A DNA stretch of 64,000 nucleotides from Clostridiales bacterium (lineage in GTDB: Bacteria > Bacillota > Desulfotomaculia > Desulfotomaculales > VENG01). Below the pieces are notes generated by a model. The model searched no databases, was not told where the DNA came from, and saw only the letters and a list, made by a program, of their open reading frames with translations. Both the position numbers and the translations under genes were made by a program. The stretch covers positions 1,123 to 65,122 of the forward strand of contig JADQBQ010000002.1 in assembly GCA_016278505.1 (NCBI GenBank), in the 5' to 3' direction. Shown piece by piece: positions 9,171-18,693 of the stretch (position 1 is the first letter of the stretch; the number at the start of each line of letters is the position of its first letter).

Positions 9171-9205
9171 TAAAAACCCCTTCTTGTATAATGAAGGGGT
9201 TTTTA
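9171..9205. terminator. Bidirectional terminator between convergent genes
   Basis: AAAAACCCCTTC-loop-GAAGGGGTTTTT. Confidence 0.8.
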
Positions 9206-9886
9206 TCTTTCTTGCATATTACCGAGCGGGTAACGGAAATGTCCGGTAATCTCCCAGCGGTTCAAGCAATCCTCTTCCACTGCCATACCGGCATTATGGA
9301 TAACCAGGGGCATGCCGCTAGCACCATTACGGTCGCTAATAATGCCGCAGTGCTCAAGTCCATTGGGAAACCTCCAATAGACCACGTCTCCCCATTGCCA
9401 TTCCTGTAAACCCTCTTTGCCCGTGGAAAGTGTAAGGGAATCACCGAATCTGCTAAAAAAATTAACCTGATTGGGTACCCGTCGGTGGTCAATGTTGGGG
9501 TCGGGTCGTACCAATCCCCAATTTTGAGGATAACGATTAAAGTGCACCTTCATGTCTTTATGAATCAGTCGCTGCAAATCTATACCCGCATGGCGAAAGG
9601 CTCTTATGACCACATCCGTACATGCCCCCCGGTTCTCCGGAACGTCGCCCCCAGGATAATCAATAACTTGATAAGATTCATCGTAAGTAACACCCTTCTT
9701 TACTTCCTGCCGTGCCCCAAGTAATACCAGGTCATACACGTCCCGTTCCTGTGATGGGATCTGCTCTACCGGTGAGGGTTTATCCAAGCTGGAAATAGAA
9801 TTACCTTCTGTGCCCCCCCCACAGCCGACCAACAAAAAGGACACGGCAAATATAATTACTATCTCTCTAATTTTACTGCAGTGCAC
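9203..9886 (-). CDS. DUF1287 (YijF-like) lipoprotein, NlpC/P60-like fold
   Basis: YPGGDVP, GACTDVVIRA, DPNIDHRRVPN, LEHCGII, VIHN; lipobox LVGC; GTG start after AGGAG. Confidence 0.85.
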   Translation of the reverse strand: MHCSKIREIVIIFAVSFLLVGCGGGTEGNSISSLDKPSPVEQIPSQERDVYDLVLLGARQEVKKGVTYDESYQVIDYPGGDVPENRGACTDVVIRAFRHAGIDLQRLIHKDMKVHFNRYPQNWGLVRPDPNIDHRRVPNQVNFFSRFGDSLTLSTGKEGLQEWQWGDVVYWRFPNGLEHCGIISDRNGASGMPLVIHNAGMAVEEDCLNRWEITGHFRYPLGNMQER

Positions 9887-9900
9887 GTAACCGCTCCTTT

Positions 9901-10722
9901 TCACTTTTTGCCCAGAGGGTTCAACCGGCGTCCGCTCCACAACAGTAAAAGTGTACCTACACCTATATAAAATATTAGATAAACACCCCAATACGGTATT
10001 ACCCAATTTGCCTCTTGTCCCAGGAGCGGTCCTTCACCCATAATGCGTAGTAGTGCAAACACCGGGTTAATATCAAGCAAAAACTGCACAGGAAAAGTCA
10101 TATCATTAATTCCGGCATATATATTTCGGGTAACTTCTCTGATAAATACAGCCAAAAAGGCAGTGCCTGCACCTAAAAGAGCAGTAATACCGTAAGACGT
10201 AATGGTACTTATTCCTGTTCGCTTAAAAAAAGCTGAACAGGCCATACCAATAGAGGCAAATAAATACATAGTTACTAAGTAAAAGCCAAACATACTTAAT
10301 AATTGGGCCGGAGCAATACCACCAAACATGAGTACCATGCCATACAGGGGAAACGTCGCCACAACCAATAACAAGGTAAAGGCACAAGATGATACTAGCT
10401 TACTGATTACAATGCCCCGCGGGCTTAAATCGGTAATAAGCAGCACATCAAGGGTTTGGCGTTCCCTCTCTCCACTGATCGTACCTGCGGTGAGCCCCGG
10501 GGTAACAAAGGCCAGTAGAATCAATTGAGCAACACTTAAGACCGCAAATATTTCCTGACTCCGGGAAGGATTAAATGTCATCGGCGCGTGACGCCAATTT
10601 AAATAGATAAAACCCAGGGTAAATCCACCCAGTACCAGAAGGTAAATAAACAGTATCAAAGGTGCTTTGCCCTTTCTGAAGGGCTGCCATAATTCTTTAA
10701 ACAGTACTGGATTGATGGACAT
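9901..10722 (-). CDS. ABC-2 type permease
   Basis: NPVLFKE N-terminus, ISGERERQTLDVLL, about 6 TM helices. Confidence 0.88.
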   Translation of the reverse strand: MSINPVLFKELWQPFRKGKAPLILFIYLLVLGGFTLGFIYLNWRHAPMTFNPSRSQEIFAVLSVAQLILLAFVTPGLTAGTISGERERQTLDVLLITDLSPRGIVISKLVSSCAFTLLLVVATFPLYGMVLMFGGIAPAQLLSMFGFYLVTMYLFASIGMACSAFFKRTGISTITSYGITALLGAGTAFLAVFIREVTRNIYAGINDMTFPVQFLLDINPVFALLRIMGEGPLLGQEANWVIPYWGVYLIFYIGVGTLLLLWSGRRLNPLGKK

Positions 10723-11647
10723 TGCTTTCTACCTCCCCGGTCACTGCCATAAATATATCTTCCAGGTTGCCCTGTTCTTCTGAAAACTGAACTACATCAT
10801 ACCCTGCTGAGACCACTTCTCTAAGCAGATTAACCTGTGCGGTTTTGTTTCCACTAAAAATCAAACGTACCATATTGTCAATTTCCTCTGCCTGTATAAC
10901 AGCGGGATAACCACCTAAGTACTCCACCAGTTTTGTCATGTATTCGGTTACCTCGATATTAATAACGCGGTTACCTTTCCCACCGGAAATTATTTCTGGT
11001 ACGGGGCCGCTGGCCAGTAATTTACCATTTTGTAATATTCCAACCCGGTCACATATCTCGGATAATTCAGGCAAAATGTGCGAACTAATAAGTACTGTCT
11101 TACCCATCCGGCCTAGCTGTACTATGATCTCTTTCACCTCAGCCCTGGCCCTGGGGTCCAGGCCCGAGGCCGGTTCATCCAGAATAAGAACCTGCGGATC
11201 GTGAACAAGACACCTGGCCAGAGCCAAGCGCTGTTTCATACCGCGTGATAAATTATCTACATATGCTTCCGCCTTGTCCGGCAGATTCACCAGTTCCAAC
11301 AGCTCCTTAACCAGGACGTCATGTTTTTCTTCCGGTATATTATAAGACGACGCAAAAAAGCTCAGGTATTCACGTGATGTTAATCCATCATAAACGCCGA
11401 AAAAATCGGGCATGTATCCGATAGAACGTCGTACTCCACGGGTATCGTGAACAATATCTTTTCCGTCAACAATGGCCGTACCACTGTCCGCCGCAGCTAA
11501 AGTAGCCAAAATCCGCATGGCCGTAGTTTTTCCGGCACCGTTAGGACCAATAAGGCCGTAAACCTGCCCGCCCGGGATGGATAGAGTTAATTCATTTAAG
11601 GCGATGTTATTACCAAAGGACTTTGTTAATTCCTTCATTTCAATCAT
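10697..11647 (-). CDS. ABC transporter ATP-binding protein
   Basis: GPNGAGKTT, LSRGMKQR, ILDEPASGLDP, SSHIL. Confidence 0.93.
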   Translation of the reverse strand: MIEMKELTKSFGNNIALNELTLSIPGGQVYGLIGPNGAGKTTAMRILATLAAADSGTAIVDGKDIVHDTRGVRRSIGYMPDFFGVYDGLTSREYLSFFASSYNIPEEKHDVLVKELLELVNLPDKAEAYVDNLSRGMKQRLALARCLVHDPQVLILDEPASGLDPRARAEVKEIIVQLGRMGKTVLISSHILPELSEICDRVGILQNGKLLASGPVPEIISGGKGNRVINIEVTEYMTKLVEYLGGYPAVIQAEEIDNMVRLIFSGNKTAQVNLLREVVSAGYDVVQFSEEQGNLEDIFMAVTGEVESNVHQSSTV

Positions 11648-13925
11648 TTATTGCCACTCCCTCCACTGCCACGGAAGGTACCGGAACTATGTCCTTAGCG
11701 CCTAATCCCCGGATAAAAATCCTGATACGGTATGCTTCGGAGATATAGGGTTTGAGTTCTTCCGCCTCCATTCGTGTCTTATTTAATGTCATTTTTTCCC
11801 ATTTCTCTTTTGTCCAATTAAAGATTTCCAACCTGTAAGGTTCATCCCCACTCATGTATTGAAACTCAACTGACTTGATTTCTGCATTCCGGTGCTGCCC
11901 AGGCAGTTGGAGGTTATATTCTAACTTTACATTTTGTCCGTGAATTAATTTTCCTTCCGGTGTGGGCTGTACAGAGCCGCTGTTTCCAATAACACGCGCC
12001 GGAATTAATCCCGCAGGAAGCGTAAATTTACCGCTATCCGTCAAATCCAGCGGCAGGCGCTGCATGATCATGGCTGAACTGTAGTTTTGTGCTCCCTCAT
12101 TTTCTATTTGTGCTAACCCAGGCACATTATTACCGTAACCAATTAGTTGAATTCCCTCATCAAAATAGTTTCCTTCCTTTTCTCTCCAAGTGGTAGGTCT
12201 TATTGTTGAAACCGCAACATGTTCAATGGCGGGAATGTCCTGTCCCGGAAAGAACCATTTGCCCGGCTTATTTTGCCAATCAAAGAATTTAGCTTTGCTT
12301 AGGTTGTATTCCACTTGTACTTCTTTCCCCCTGGGTAACGCGCCAATATCAAACGCTTTCTCTCCGATAACAACCATGCATTTGGTTAAATTCATGCCGG
12401 TTTTATTTTGAAGGGATCCGGAAATACGGTCGCCGGATATTTTTAAACTTCCTTCTATTTCACCGAAGTTATTGTCGATCTTATAAGTTGCAGCCTGGCG
12501 CATGGACCAAAATTCAACCTGTTCAAAGTGAACCGTTTGCTCCGATTCTATAAACTTAATAACCGGTAAATCCTCCAGGTCACCGCTGTTCGAATATCTG
12601 CGCTGCGGCGTTATGACCGCCTCGCCCGGTGCTGTCAAAGAGAGGGTGCCCCCACGGGGTAGCACGAAGGAACTTCCGGCTTGAACTTCGGCAACATTCT
12701 CATCCATTATTTCCACCATGGCTAAGGTTTGGCCCAGCGGACCACCCAGCCGGTGAAAGGGAGCAAAAAAATATAATAATGATGCCGTTACCACTGCCAG
12801 TCCCGGTATGCAAAGCCAAGCCCATTCCCTTCGATTATATCTCTTCAAAATAAGGTAGAGCCCTGGCCCAATAATAAGCATATACAAGGACCAAATCCCT
12901 GCCAATATCAATACAGAAGGCATTTTCAACTGTGGAATGTTAGCGCTGGCCTGTACAAGCGAATTACTTTCAAATACCATTTTTTCGTTAGTCCTATCAA
13001 TACCGGCAAATATTACTTCCCATATTTTGCCATCAGCTGCAGCCAGGCTGTCCAGCCCAATGGCGCTGAAAATGACATTACCGCGCCCTAGATTCCGATC
13101 GGCAACCAGCAATGTATTATTAGCCGCCAGCCTTTCTTCGCCTCTTGCAAATTTGCCTACAGCAATACGAACGGTGCCGGTGTCGTTTCGCAAACCGTTT
13201 ATGCTTCCTGTAATATTCTTTTCTCCTGTTACCAATACCGGGCTTATGTCGGCAAACGGTTCTCCTGCCGATGCACCTGCCCCGCCGGAAAGCACTATGT
13301 CCCCTCCCAGCTTCACCCACTTCTTGACGGCATCCACTTGTGAAGCTGTAAGTTCACTGGTCTTATTCTTATCCAGGATAATTATATCGGCAGTTTCCAG
13401 AGCCAGAGGATCGGCAGGTACTTCCCCGACAGGCATATATTTTACGGTAAGATCATTCATGTGTTCTCCGAGCCAGGCTTGCAGGCCATTTGATAACGGT
13501 GCCTCTCCCACACTTATACCTATCATTTCACTGTTTATTGCTATACCTTGTACCTTTTGACCCGCTATTTCTTTATTATTGGAAAGTAATCTAACTCTGG
13601 GCTCGCTTCTGGCCATGGATCCAGGGATAACAATGGATGTTTCCAAAGCCTCCCCGGCCGCAACACTGACCGCGCGCTTATAAATAGCTTCATGCTGCGG
13701 ACGGCGCACATAATCACCCTGTTTAGCTACATAAACCTCAAGCAAAGCGTTTTCCAATGCTTTTTCGCTATTAACAATAGTTATATTTAATTTTACAGGA
13801 CGATCTGTTTGGTATATGCCGTTAAGCCCCGGGTTGACTTTAATATCCGTACCGGCAAAGGCGTATTGCGGAAGAATTAACATAGCCAGTATAGTGCAAA
13901 TAAATATTATCCGTTTCCAAGTCAT
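11640..13925 (-). CDS. Large exported/membrane protein with a glutamine-amidotransferase-like middle domain (ABC-associated hypothetical)
   Basis: Signal peptide (AFA), DIIILD...WVKLGGDIVLSGG segment, two internal TM helices (YMLIIGPGLYLIL..., WLCIPGLAVV...); ATG 13925 overlaps the upstream stop. Confidence 0.7.
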   Translation of the reverse strand: MTWKRIIFICTILAMLILPQYAFAGTDIKVNPGLNGIYQTDRPVKLNITIVNSEKALENALLEVYVAKQGDYVRRPQHEAIYKRAVSVAAGEALETSIVIPGSMARSEPRVRLLSNNKEIAGQKVQGIAINSEMIGISVGEAPLSNGLQAWLGEHMNDLTVKYMPVGEVPADPLALETADIIILDKNKTSELTASQVDAVKKWVKLGGDIVLSGGAGASAGEPFADISPVLVTGEKNITGSINGLRNDTGTVRIAVGKFARGEERLAANNTLLVADRNLGRGNVIFSAIGLDSLAAADGKIWEVIFAGIDRTNEKMVFESNSLVQASANIPQLKMPSVLILAGIWSLYMLIIGPGLYLILKRYNRREWAWLCIPGLAVVTASLLYFFAPFHRLGGPLGQTLAMVEIMDENVAEVQAGSSFVLPRGGTLSLTAPGEAVITPQRRYSNSGDLEDLPVIKFIESEQTVHFEQVEFWSMRQAATYKIDNNFGEIEGSLKISGDRISGSLQNKTGMNLTKCMVVIGEKAFDIGALPRGKEVQVEYNLSKAKFFDWQNKPGKWFFPGQDIPAIEHVAVSTIRPTTWREKEGNYFDEGIQLIGYGNNVPGLAQIENEGAQNYSSAMIMQRLPLDLTDSGKFTLPAGLIPARVIGNSGSVQPTPEGKLIHGQNVKLEYNLQLPGQHRNAEIKSVEFQYMSGDEPYRLEIFNWTKEKWEKMTLNKTRMEAEELKPYISEAYRIRIFIRGLGAKDIVPVPSVAVEGVAIND

Positions 13926-15328
13926 AACTGCTTCTCTCCTCTGTCCCACAATCTCTCTTCCAAGTGTATTCTTAGTACTGATGCCATACCGGTTTCCTGA
14001 CTGCTGTAAAACAGTTTGTTTCCTTGGCAACCAAATACCGGGTTGGTATACCGGTCAGCTTCGCCCAGGGACAATACCCTGGGTTCACGAACCCCTTCCA
14101 GCTCAAGTTTTTTTAACCATTCTATTTCTTTACCTGTCATCGTTTGGTCCTTACTTACCAGCAAAGTACCGGGTGTTATTAAATTTCCTTCAGACTTGTC
14201 ATCCTGCAGTAATTCACCGCCATCAGGACCGGCATAAATTGACCGCACTTCACCTATCCGTTGCCGCACAGTAAATTGTGGAGACCCATCAGGCAGATAA
14301 GTTAAGACCCGCTCTTCTTGACTGGTAACAACAAAGGCCAAAAAACCCTTTTCACCCCACGCAGCCTGCTCACCTTGTCCCAACACCTTTGTTATCCCTG
14401 TTTTAACATCCACAAGGTAAAGAAAATTATTACCTCCGGATTGGTGACGCTGTACAATAATCTTTGAGCCGTCCGGTGACCAGGCCGGATGCCTGCCTGA
14501 TGATACAAAATCATTTATCCCGTTACTGTTGGTAATATATACCCGAGCTAAATTGCCTTCAGTCTCTGCATATGCCAGGCGAGCCCCCCCCGGAGACCAG
14601 GTAAGACCGCTATACTCGTGAGCATTCTTTCCTCTGCACAATATCTCAAACTGGAGTGCCTCTGCGGCAGAGTCCGGATTTAATAATTCCTTGGCTTTAA
14701 TGACCACAATTTGTGGTGCGTAGCCATTTTGCCTACGCACCAGTGCCACTTCTTTTCCATCCGGGGAAAAAGCGGGAGATTTATAATCCCAATTTGGAGG
14801 CAAATCCAATACACGGTACGGACTGTTGGATTGGTTCGATAGCAACAACTTGCCATTTCTGGCTACTATCACAGCACCCTCAGGTGAAACGGTAAAGTCT
14901 GTTTCCCCACCTGCATGCCAAAAGCTCATTACCGGTACTGGATTTCCCACTGGTCTAAGGTAAGTTTCAGTAGCATTAAGCCACGATACAAGTATCGCTG
15001 CTGCTATAACTATACCAACTAGCAACAACCAAAAACGGGAGAAAAAATTTCTTATCGGCCTTGGCCCCAACAGTGAAAATTCTGAAACAGAAAGATTGTC
15101 ACCGTGGATTCTACTGCTAAGCAGTAACTGCTTAAGCTCAGTCTGCAATTTTTGATTTACCGGTACCGCCTGTCGTATCCTGCGCATATGGTCTAATAAT
15201 TGGTGCACTGATTCATTAACATCATTTTCGCCGGTGCCTTCAAGCAAACGACACCTGTCCTTATGCCTTTCCTCTTTATGTCTTTCCATAGAAAATACTT
15301 TCCCTCTGTCTTTGTTAAAATCATTCAT
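13922..15328 (-). CDS. Putative anti-sigma factor: cytoplasmic N-terminus, single TM helix, TolB/PD40 beta-propeller
   Basis: One TM (FWLLLVGIVIAAAILVSW), repeats SPAFSPDGK, WSPGG, PAWSPDGS; overlaps the sigma stop codon. Confidence 0.72.
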   Translation of the reverse strand: MNDFNKDRGKVFSMERHKEERHKDRCRLLEGTGENDVNESVHQLLDHMRRIRQAVPVNQKLQTELKQLLLSSRIHGDNLSVSEFSLLGPRPIRNFFSRFWLLLVGIVIAAAILVSWLNATETYLRPVGNPVPVMSFWHAGGETDFTVSPEGAVIVARNGKLLLSNQSNSPYRVLDLPPNWDYKSPAFSPDGKEVALVRRQNGYAPQIVVIKAKELLNPDSAAEALQFEILCRGKNAHEYSGLTWSPGGARLAYAETEGNLARVYITNSNGINDFVSSGRHPAWSPDGSKIIVQRHQSGGNNFLYLVDVKTGITKVLGQGEQAAWGEKGFLAFVVTSQEERVLTYLPDGSPQFTVRQRIGEVRSIYAGPDGGELLQDDKSEGNLITPGTLLVSKDQTMTGKEIEWLKKLELEGVREPRVLSLGEADRYTNPVFGCQGNKLFYSSQETGMASVLRIHLEERLWDRGEKQL

Positions 15329-15870
15329 TTTTTTATCTCCATTGGCCACTGATGTTTAAAGCGTTTTCGTAGCATTCTTAACCCCCGAAAATGAATCATT
15401 CTTACTGCTGCTCCGGTTTTACCCAGCACCTCGGCAATCTGAGCAAACCTCAACTCCCCGGCATACCGCAGCGACATTACATCTCTGTAGTCCGGGGGTA
15501 GCGAACTTAGCAAAGAACGGAGTTCAAATACCTCTTCATTCAACAGCATTTGCTCTTCGGGTGTTTTTTGAGGCGCCGCATATTTATGTAAATACATTTC
15601 CGTTGCTGAAGGTTCCGGCAAACCACGCATATAGTCAACAAAAGCGTTATGTGCAATTCTAAACAGCCAGGAGGCAACGGAACTTTGCCCTCGAAAGGTA
15701 TGATACTTTTCCAGAGCCTTCATAAAAACTATCGCTGTCAAGTCGTCTGCGTCCCATGTGTTCTTGACTCGGTAGCGCAAATAACGGTTTACCCGGGAAA
15801 AATGTGTATCGTACAACTCTTCGAAGGATGATGCAGAATCCTTATGTTTGCACTGGGGCGTTTCAGTCAT
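15325..15870 (-). CDS. ECF RNA polymerase sigma factor
   Basis: FEELYD, DADDLT, SWLFRIAHN (region 2); LPPDYRDV...IAEVLG...(region 4); GGAGG SD. Confidence 0.92.
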   Translation of the reverse strand: MTETPQCKHKDSASSFEELYDTHFSRVNRYLRYRVKNTWDADDLTAIVFMKALEKYHTFRGQSSVASWLFRIAHNAFVDYMRGLPEPSATEMYLHKYAAPQKTPEEQMLLNEEVFELRSLLSSLPPDYRDVMSLRYAGELRFAQIAEVLGKTGAAVRMIHFRGLRMLRKRFKHQWPMEIKK

Positions 15871-15898
15871 TTTTAACCTCCACAATGTCTTTATATTA

Positions 15899-15927
15899 TA
15901 GACGAGGTAAAATAGATTTTTGTTACC
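15899..15927 (-). promoter_or_regulatory. Probable autoregulatory ECF promoter
   Basis: GGTAAC-17-CGTCTA on the minus strand, matching the AAC/CGT ECF signature, ~30 bp upstream of the sigma ATG. Confidence 0.6.
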
Positions 15928-15977
15928 GCTATTTTCGATTTTTTGCCGGCAAATAAACAGCAGTCAACAAAACAAGC

Positions 15978-16008
15978 AAAAAAGAACACCACCTTTCGGT
16001 GGTGTTCT
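15978..16008 (-). terminator. Rho-independent terminator of the small Cys-rich ORF
   Basis: AGAACACCACC-GAAA-GGTGGTGTTCT followed by a T tract; perfect 11-bp stem overlapping the TAG. Confidence 0.85.
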
Positions 16009-16117
16009 ACTGTCCCGCGCAATCTTCGTAACTGTAAAATAGTAAGCCACGACAACAATTTCCCCAATAGTAGATACAACTTCTGCACTCGTAACATAAA
16101 TCTCTATTGGTACTCAT
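16007..16117 (-). CDS. Unannotated 36-aa Cys/Tyr-rich peptide MSTNRDLCYECRSCIYYWGNCCRGLLFYSYEDCAGQ
   Basis: Hand translation; SD AAGGGGTG 6 nt upstream of the ATG; terminator at the stop; promoter upstream. Confidence 0.7.
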   Translation of the reverse strand: MSTNRDLCYECRSCIYYWGNCCRGLLFYSYEDCAGQ

Positions 16118-16146
16118 AGCTCACACCCCTTCGTGCTCTTTCCATC

Positions 16147-16175
16147 ATGATAGGCTTACTGGGATAGGAAGGCAA
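16147..16175 (-). promoter_or_regulatory. Sigma-A-like promoter for the Cys-rich peptide
   Basis: TTGCCT (16175-16170), 17 bp, TATCAT (16152-16147). Confidence 0.5.
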
Positions 16176-16214
16176 CGCAAAAGGGCCAAACGGGTAAAAA
16201 CAGTCTTTAACCGG

Positions 16215-16577
16215 TTAAAACGCATTTTTAATATGGTTAATTTTTATCAATTCACCATTGGCCTTAAAATGCAGCGCTAGAACGTCAAAACGGACCTTTG
16301 GGAGAGGTTTATGCAAGGATTGCAAATAAAGAGATGCAACCATTCTTATTTTTCTTTGTTTTACCGGTCCAATACTCTCCTCAGGTAACCCAAAACGTTT
16401 AGTGCTGCGGGATCGTACTTCAACAAAAACCAATGCTTCCTTGTCTGCAGCAATTATGTCTAGTTCACCTATTTTACATTTATAGTTGGTTTTATGTATT
16501 TGAAATCCTTGCTTTTTTAGATAATCCAGGCTCACCTTTTCTCCCAATCTACCTAAAGCTAATCTTTTATGGGTCAT
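16215..16577 (-). CDS. yraN: YraN family (UPF0102) nuclease-like protein
   Basis: LGRLGE, NYKCKIGELDII, VFVEVRSR, RFDV. Confidence 0.92.
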   Translation of the reverse strand: MTHKRLALGRLGEKVSLDYLKKQGFQIHKTNYKCKIGELDIIAADKEALVFVEVRSRSTKRFGLPEESIGPVKQRKIRMVASLYLQSLHKPLPKVRFDVLALHFKANGELIKINHIKNAF

Positions 16578-16733
16578 TTACCTCCACCTAACCTATCCAC
16601 TTTACTAAAACAATCTTCAAATAAGTATTTTACCGACTTTAAAACAAAATCCTTTAAAATCACAATAATAATTAAAGAAGGTTCTTGGGCACCAATAGCG
16701 AACAATCAAGTATAATCTTACGGGGGTGGCAAT

Positions 16734-16946
16734 ATGACCGGTGTAATCAGAACAATAGAAGGACAATATGCCGTTATTGAAATGGGGACCAGTAAACACA
16801 AAGTGATTATGCCAATTCAATTTCTGCCGCAAGGAGCGAAAGAAGGCCATACTCTCCAAATAGACATTACTATTGACCCCAAAACACCACGAAGACCTCG
16901 GTCAAAGGTGACTAACATTAAGGAAAAATTAAACAAAAGAAAATAG
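16734..16946 (+). CDS. DUF3006-like small protein
   Basis: GVIRTIEGQYAVIE...LPQGAKEG pattern; GGGGGTG SD. Confidence 0.65.
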   Translation: MTGVIRTIEGQYAVIEMGTSKHKVIMPIQFLPQGAKEGHTLQIDITIDPKTPRRPRSKVTNIKEKLNKRK

Positions 16947-16969
16947 ACCCGTACTACGGGTCCATTTAA

Positions 16970-17404
16970 TTAATACAAACCTTTTTCCTCCATATATTCG
17001 CCGAGTAATTTAGCCGTATTACCTGTAATCTTAATACAAGTTCTAAGGTGCTCTTTGCTGTCAAAAGGATACTCATTAAGTGCTCGGCAGCAGGTTGCTC
17101 CAAACTTTTCCTCAAACCTGTCATGGAATTCCTTGGCAACATCATAAGCAGGCTCCCTGGCTTCGGATTGGGTGGTTCTTCCCTTGACTATCCCCAAAAC
17201 TGCAACCGATGCGGCAAGAGCCCCACAAACACAACCTGAATGACCAAACCCGCCTCCAAAACCAGTAAACATCCTAACTATTGACTCATCCAATTCAGGT
17301 GTTACTTGCGGTCTAAATGTTTTTATAATAGATTCTGCACAATTGTAACCCTCTCTGAAGTATCCGCCGGCAGTATTACGCATAAGAGTAGCTTTGTCTT
17401 CCAT
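16970..17404 (-). CDS. C_GCAxxG_C_C family putative redox/metal-binding protein
   Basis: YNCAES, GFGGG, GCVCGAL, TCC, terminal C. Confidence 0.88.
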   Translation of the reverse strand: MEDKATLMRNTAGGYFREGYNCAESIIKTFRPQVTPELDESIVRMFTGFGGGFGHSGCVCGALAASVAVLGIVKGRTTQSEAREPAYDVAKEFHDRFEEKFGATCCRALNEYPFDSKEHLRTCIKITGNTAKLLGEYMEEKGLY

Positions 17405-17495
17405 GTTTGCATACCTCCATAAAGTCTGTTATTAGTAATTTAGACAAATATTTTTAAATTCCTTGAAAATTATAAAAAATATTAAGGATGAACGT

Positions 17496-18692
17496 TTATT
17501 CTCTAACGGTCAAGCGCTTTATAGCTTTCTGTAATCCTTCTAGTGTCAGTTCAAACATTGGAACAATGTCCGAGATAATATCTATTGTATGTGCTCCCTC
17601 AGTTGCGGGCCAAATTTTTTTCGGTATTGGATTAAGCCAAACAACATGCCTAAAATGGTTAACAATGTGCCGCAACCACGTTATTCCCGGCTCATTATTC
17701 AGGTAGTTCCACTCCAGCGCCCCGTATTTCATCATTAGCTCACTGGTTGCCATACTGGCATCTCCTACCAAAATAACTTTATAATCATGAGCATAAGTGT
17801 TTAATACTTCCAGTGTTCTTTGAGAAGCTTGAACGCGACAAAAGGGCTCGTGGAAGAGATGTTCATATATACAGTTATGAAAAAAATAAACTTTAAACTT
17901 TTTAAAGTGGCCCGCTTTATTTGCAGCTTGGAATAGCTGACTGCACAACCGTGCATAGCGATTCATTGATCCACCGGAGTCCATCAATAGCATTAATTTA
18001 ACATTATTTTTCCTGGGCCGGTTCCAAACTAATTTTAAATTGCCTGCGTTATTGCCTGTGGCCTCAATCGTACTCTCCAGGTCCAGCACTTCTTTAGGTC
18101 CTTCCTCGTGGCGGGATAGACGGCGCAAACTACGCAGAGCGGTTTGGAAATGGCGCGTGTTTAATACTTCGTCCTTCCTAAAGTCATGAAAACTTCGTTC
18201 AGCTGCTACTTGAGCAGCAGAGCGGTTTATTGACTGCCCACCAATTCGCACTCCGGCAGGGTTATAACCGGAATGCCCGTAGGGAGAAGTGCCACCGGTT
18301 CCAATCCAGTAGGAACCTCCATGGTGTTCAGAATCTTGCTGCTCCATCCTACCTTCCAAATTGCGACGAAGTTCCTCAAAGTCCCAATCCTCAAAACATG
18401 CGCGTTCTGCAGACGTAATATTTAAAGGTGGTATTGATTTTTCCACCCATTTCAATACTTCACTTACCATTTCTTCTGACGTTTCTATCCCGCCGAAAAA
18501 TTTTAAAAAAGCACGGTCAAAAGAATCGTAATAGGCCTCGCTCTTGACAAGAATTGCCCTAGCCAACCGGTAAAATTGCGTCAAACTGGAGAAGCCCAGA
18601 CCTTTATCCAGGGCTGACATAAAAGTTATCCATTCAGTTAATGAAACCGGAACCCCCATCCCGCGAATTAAATAAAAAAAGCCTGTAAACAA
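17496..18692 (-). CDS. VWA domain CoxE-like protein
   Basis: HHGGSYWIGTGGTSPYG, MIDAS DSGGSM, FFHNCIYE, GDASM, VWLNP; TTG start ~18692. Confidence 0.85.
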   Translation of the reverse strand: MFTGFFYLIRGMGVPVSLTEWITFMSALDKGLGFSSLTQFYRLARAILVKSEAYYDSFDRAFLKFFGGIETSEEMVSEVLKWVEKSIPPLNITSAERACFEDWDFEELRRNLEGRMEQQDSEHHGGSYWIGTGGTSPYGHSGYNPAGVRIGGQSINRSAAQVAAERSFHDFRKDEVLNTRHFQTALRSLRRLSRHEEGPKEVLDLESTIEATGNNAGNLKLVWNRPRKNNVKLMLLMDSGGSMNRYARLCSQLFQAANKAGHFKKFKVYFFHNCIYEHLFHEPFCRVQASQRTLEVLNTYAHDYKVILVGDASMATSELMMKYGALEWNYLNNEPGITWLRHIVNHFRHVVWLNPIPKKIWPATEGAHTIDIISDIVPMFELTLEGLQKAIKRLTVRE

Positions 18693-18693
18693 T

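Noticed and set aside
12937-13560. Long antisense ORFs (e.g. 12937-13560, 28138-28689, 56265-56750) and other short shadow ORFs
   Set aside because: They fully overlap well-supported genes on the opposite strand or in another frame, have no motifs or SD, and have typical antisense composition.
15891-16097. ORF-track 68-aa ORF MLRVQKLY...
   Set aside because: No SD, and it runs through a strong terminator and the ECF promoter. The overlapping 36-aa frame has SD, promoter and terminator support.
16007-16117. SCIFF/ranthipeptide precursor identity for the six-Cys peptide
   Set aside because: Sequence and Cys spacing differ from SCIFF (CGECQTSCQSACKTSC) and no radical SAM gene is adjacent. Kept as an unknown peptide.
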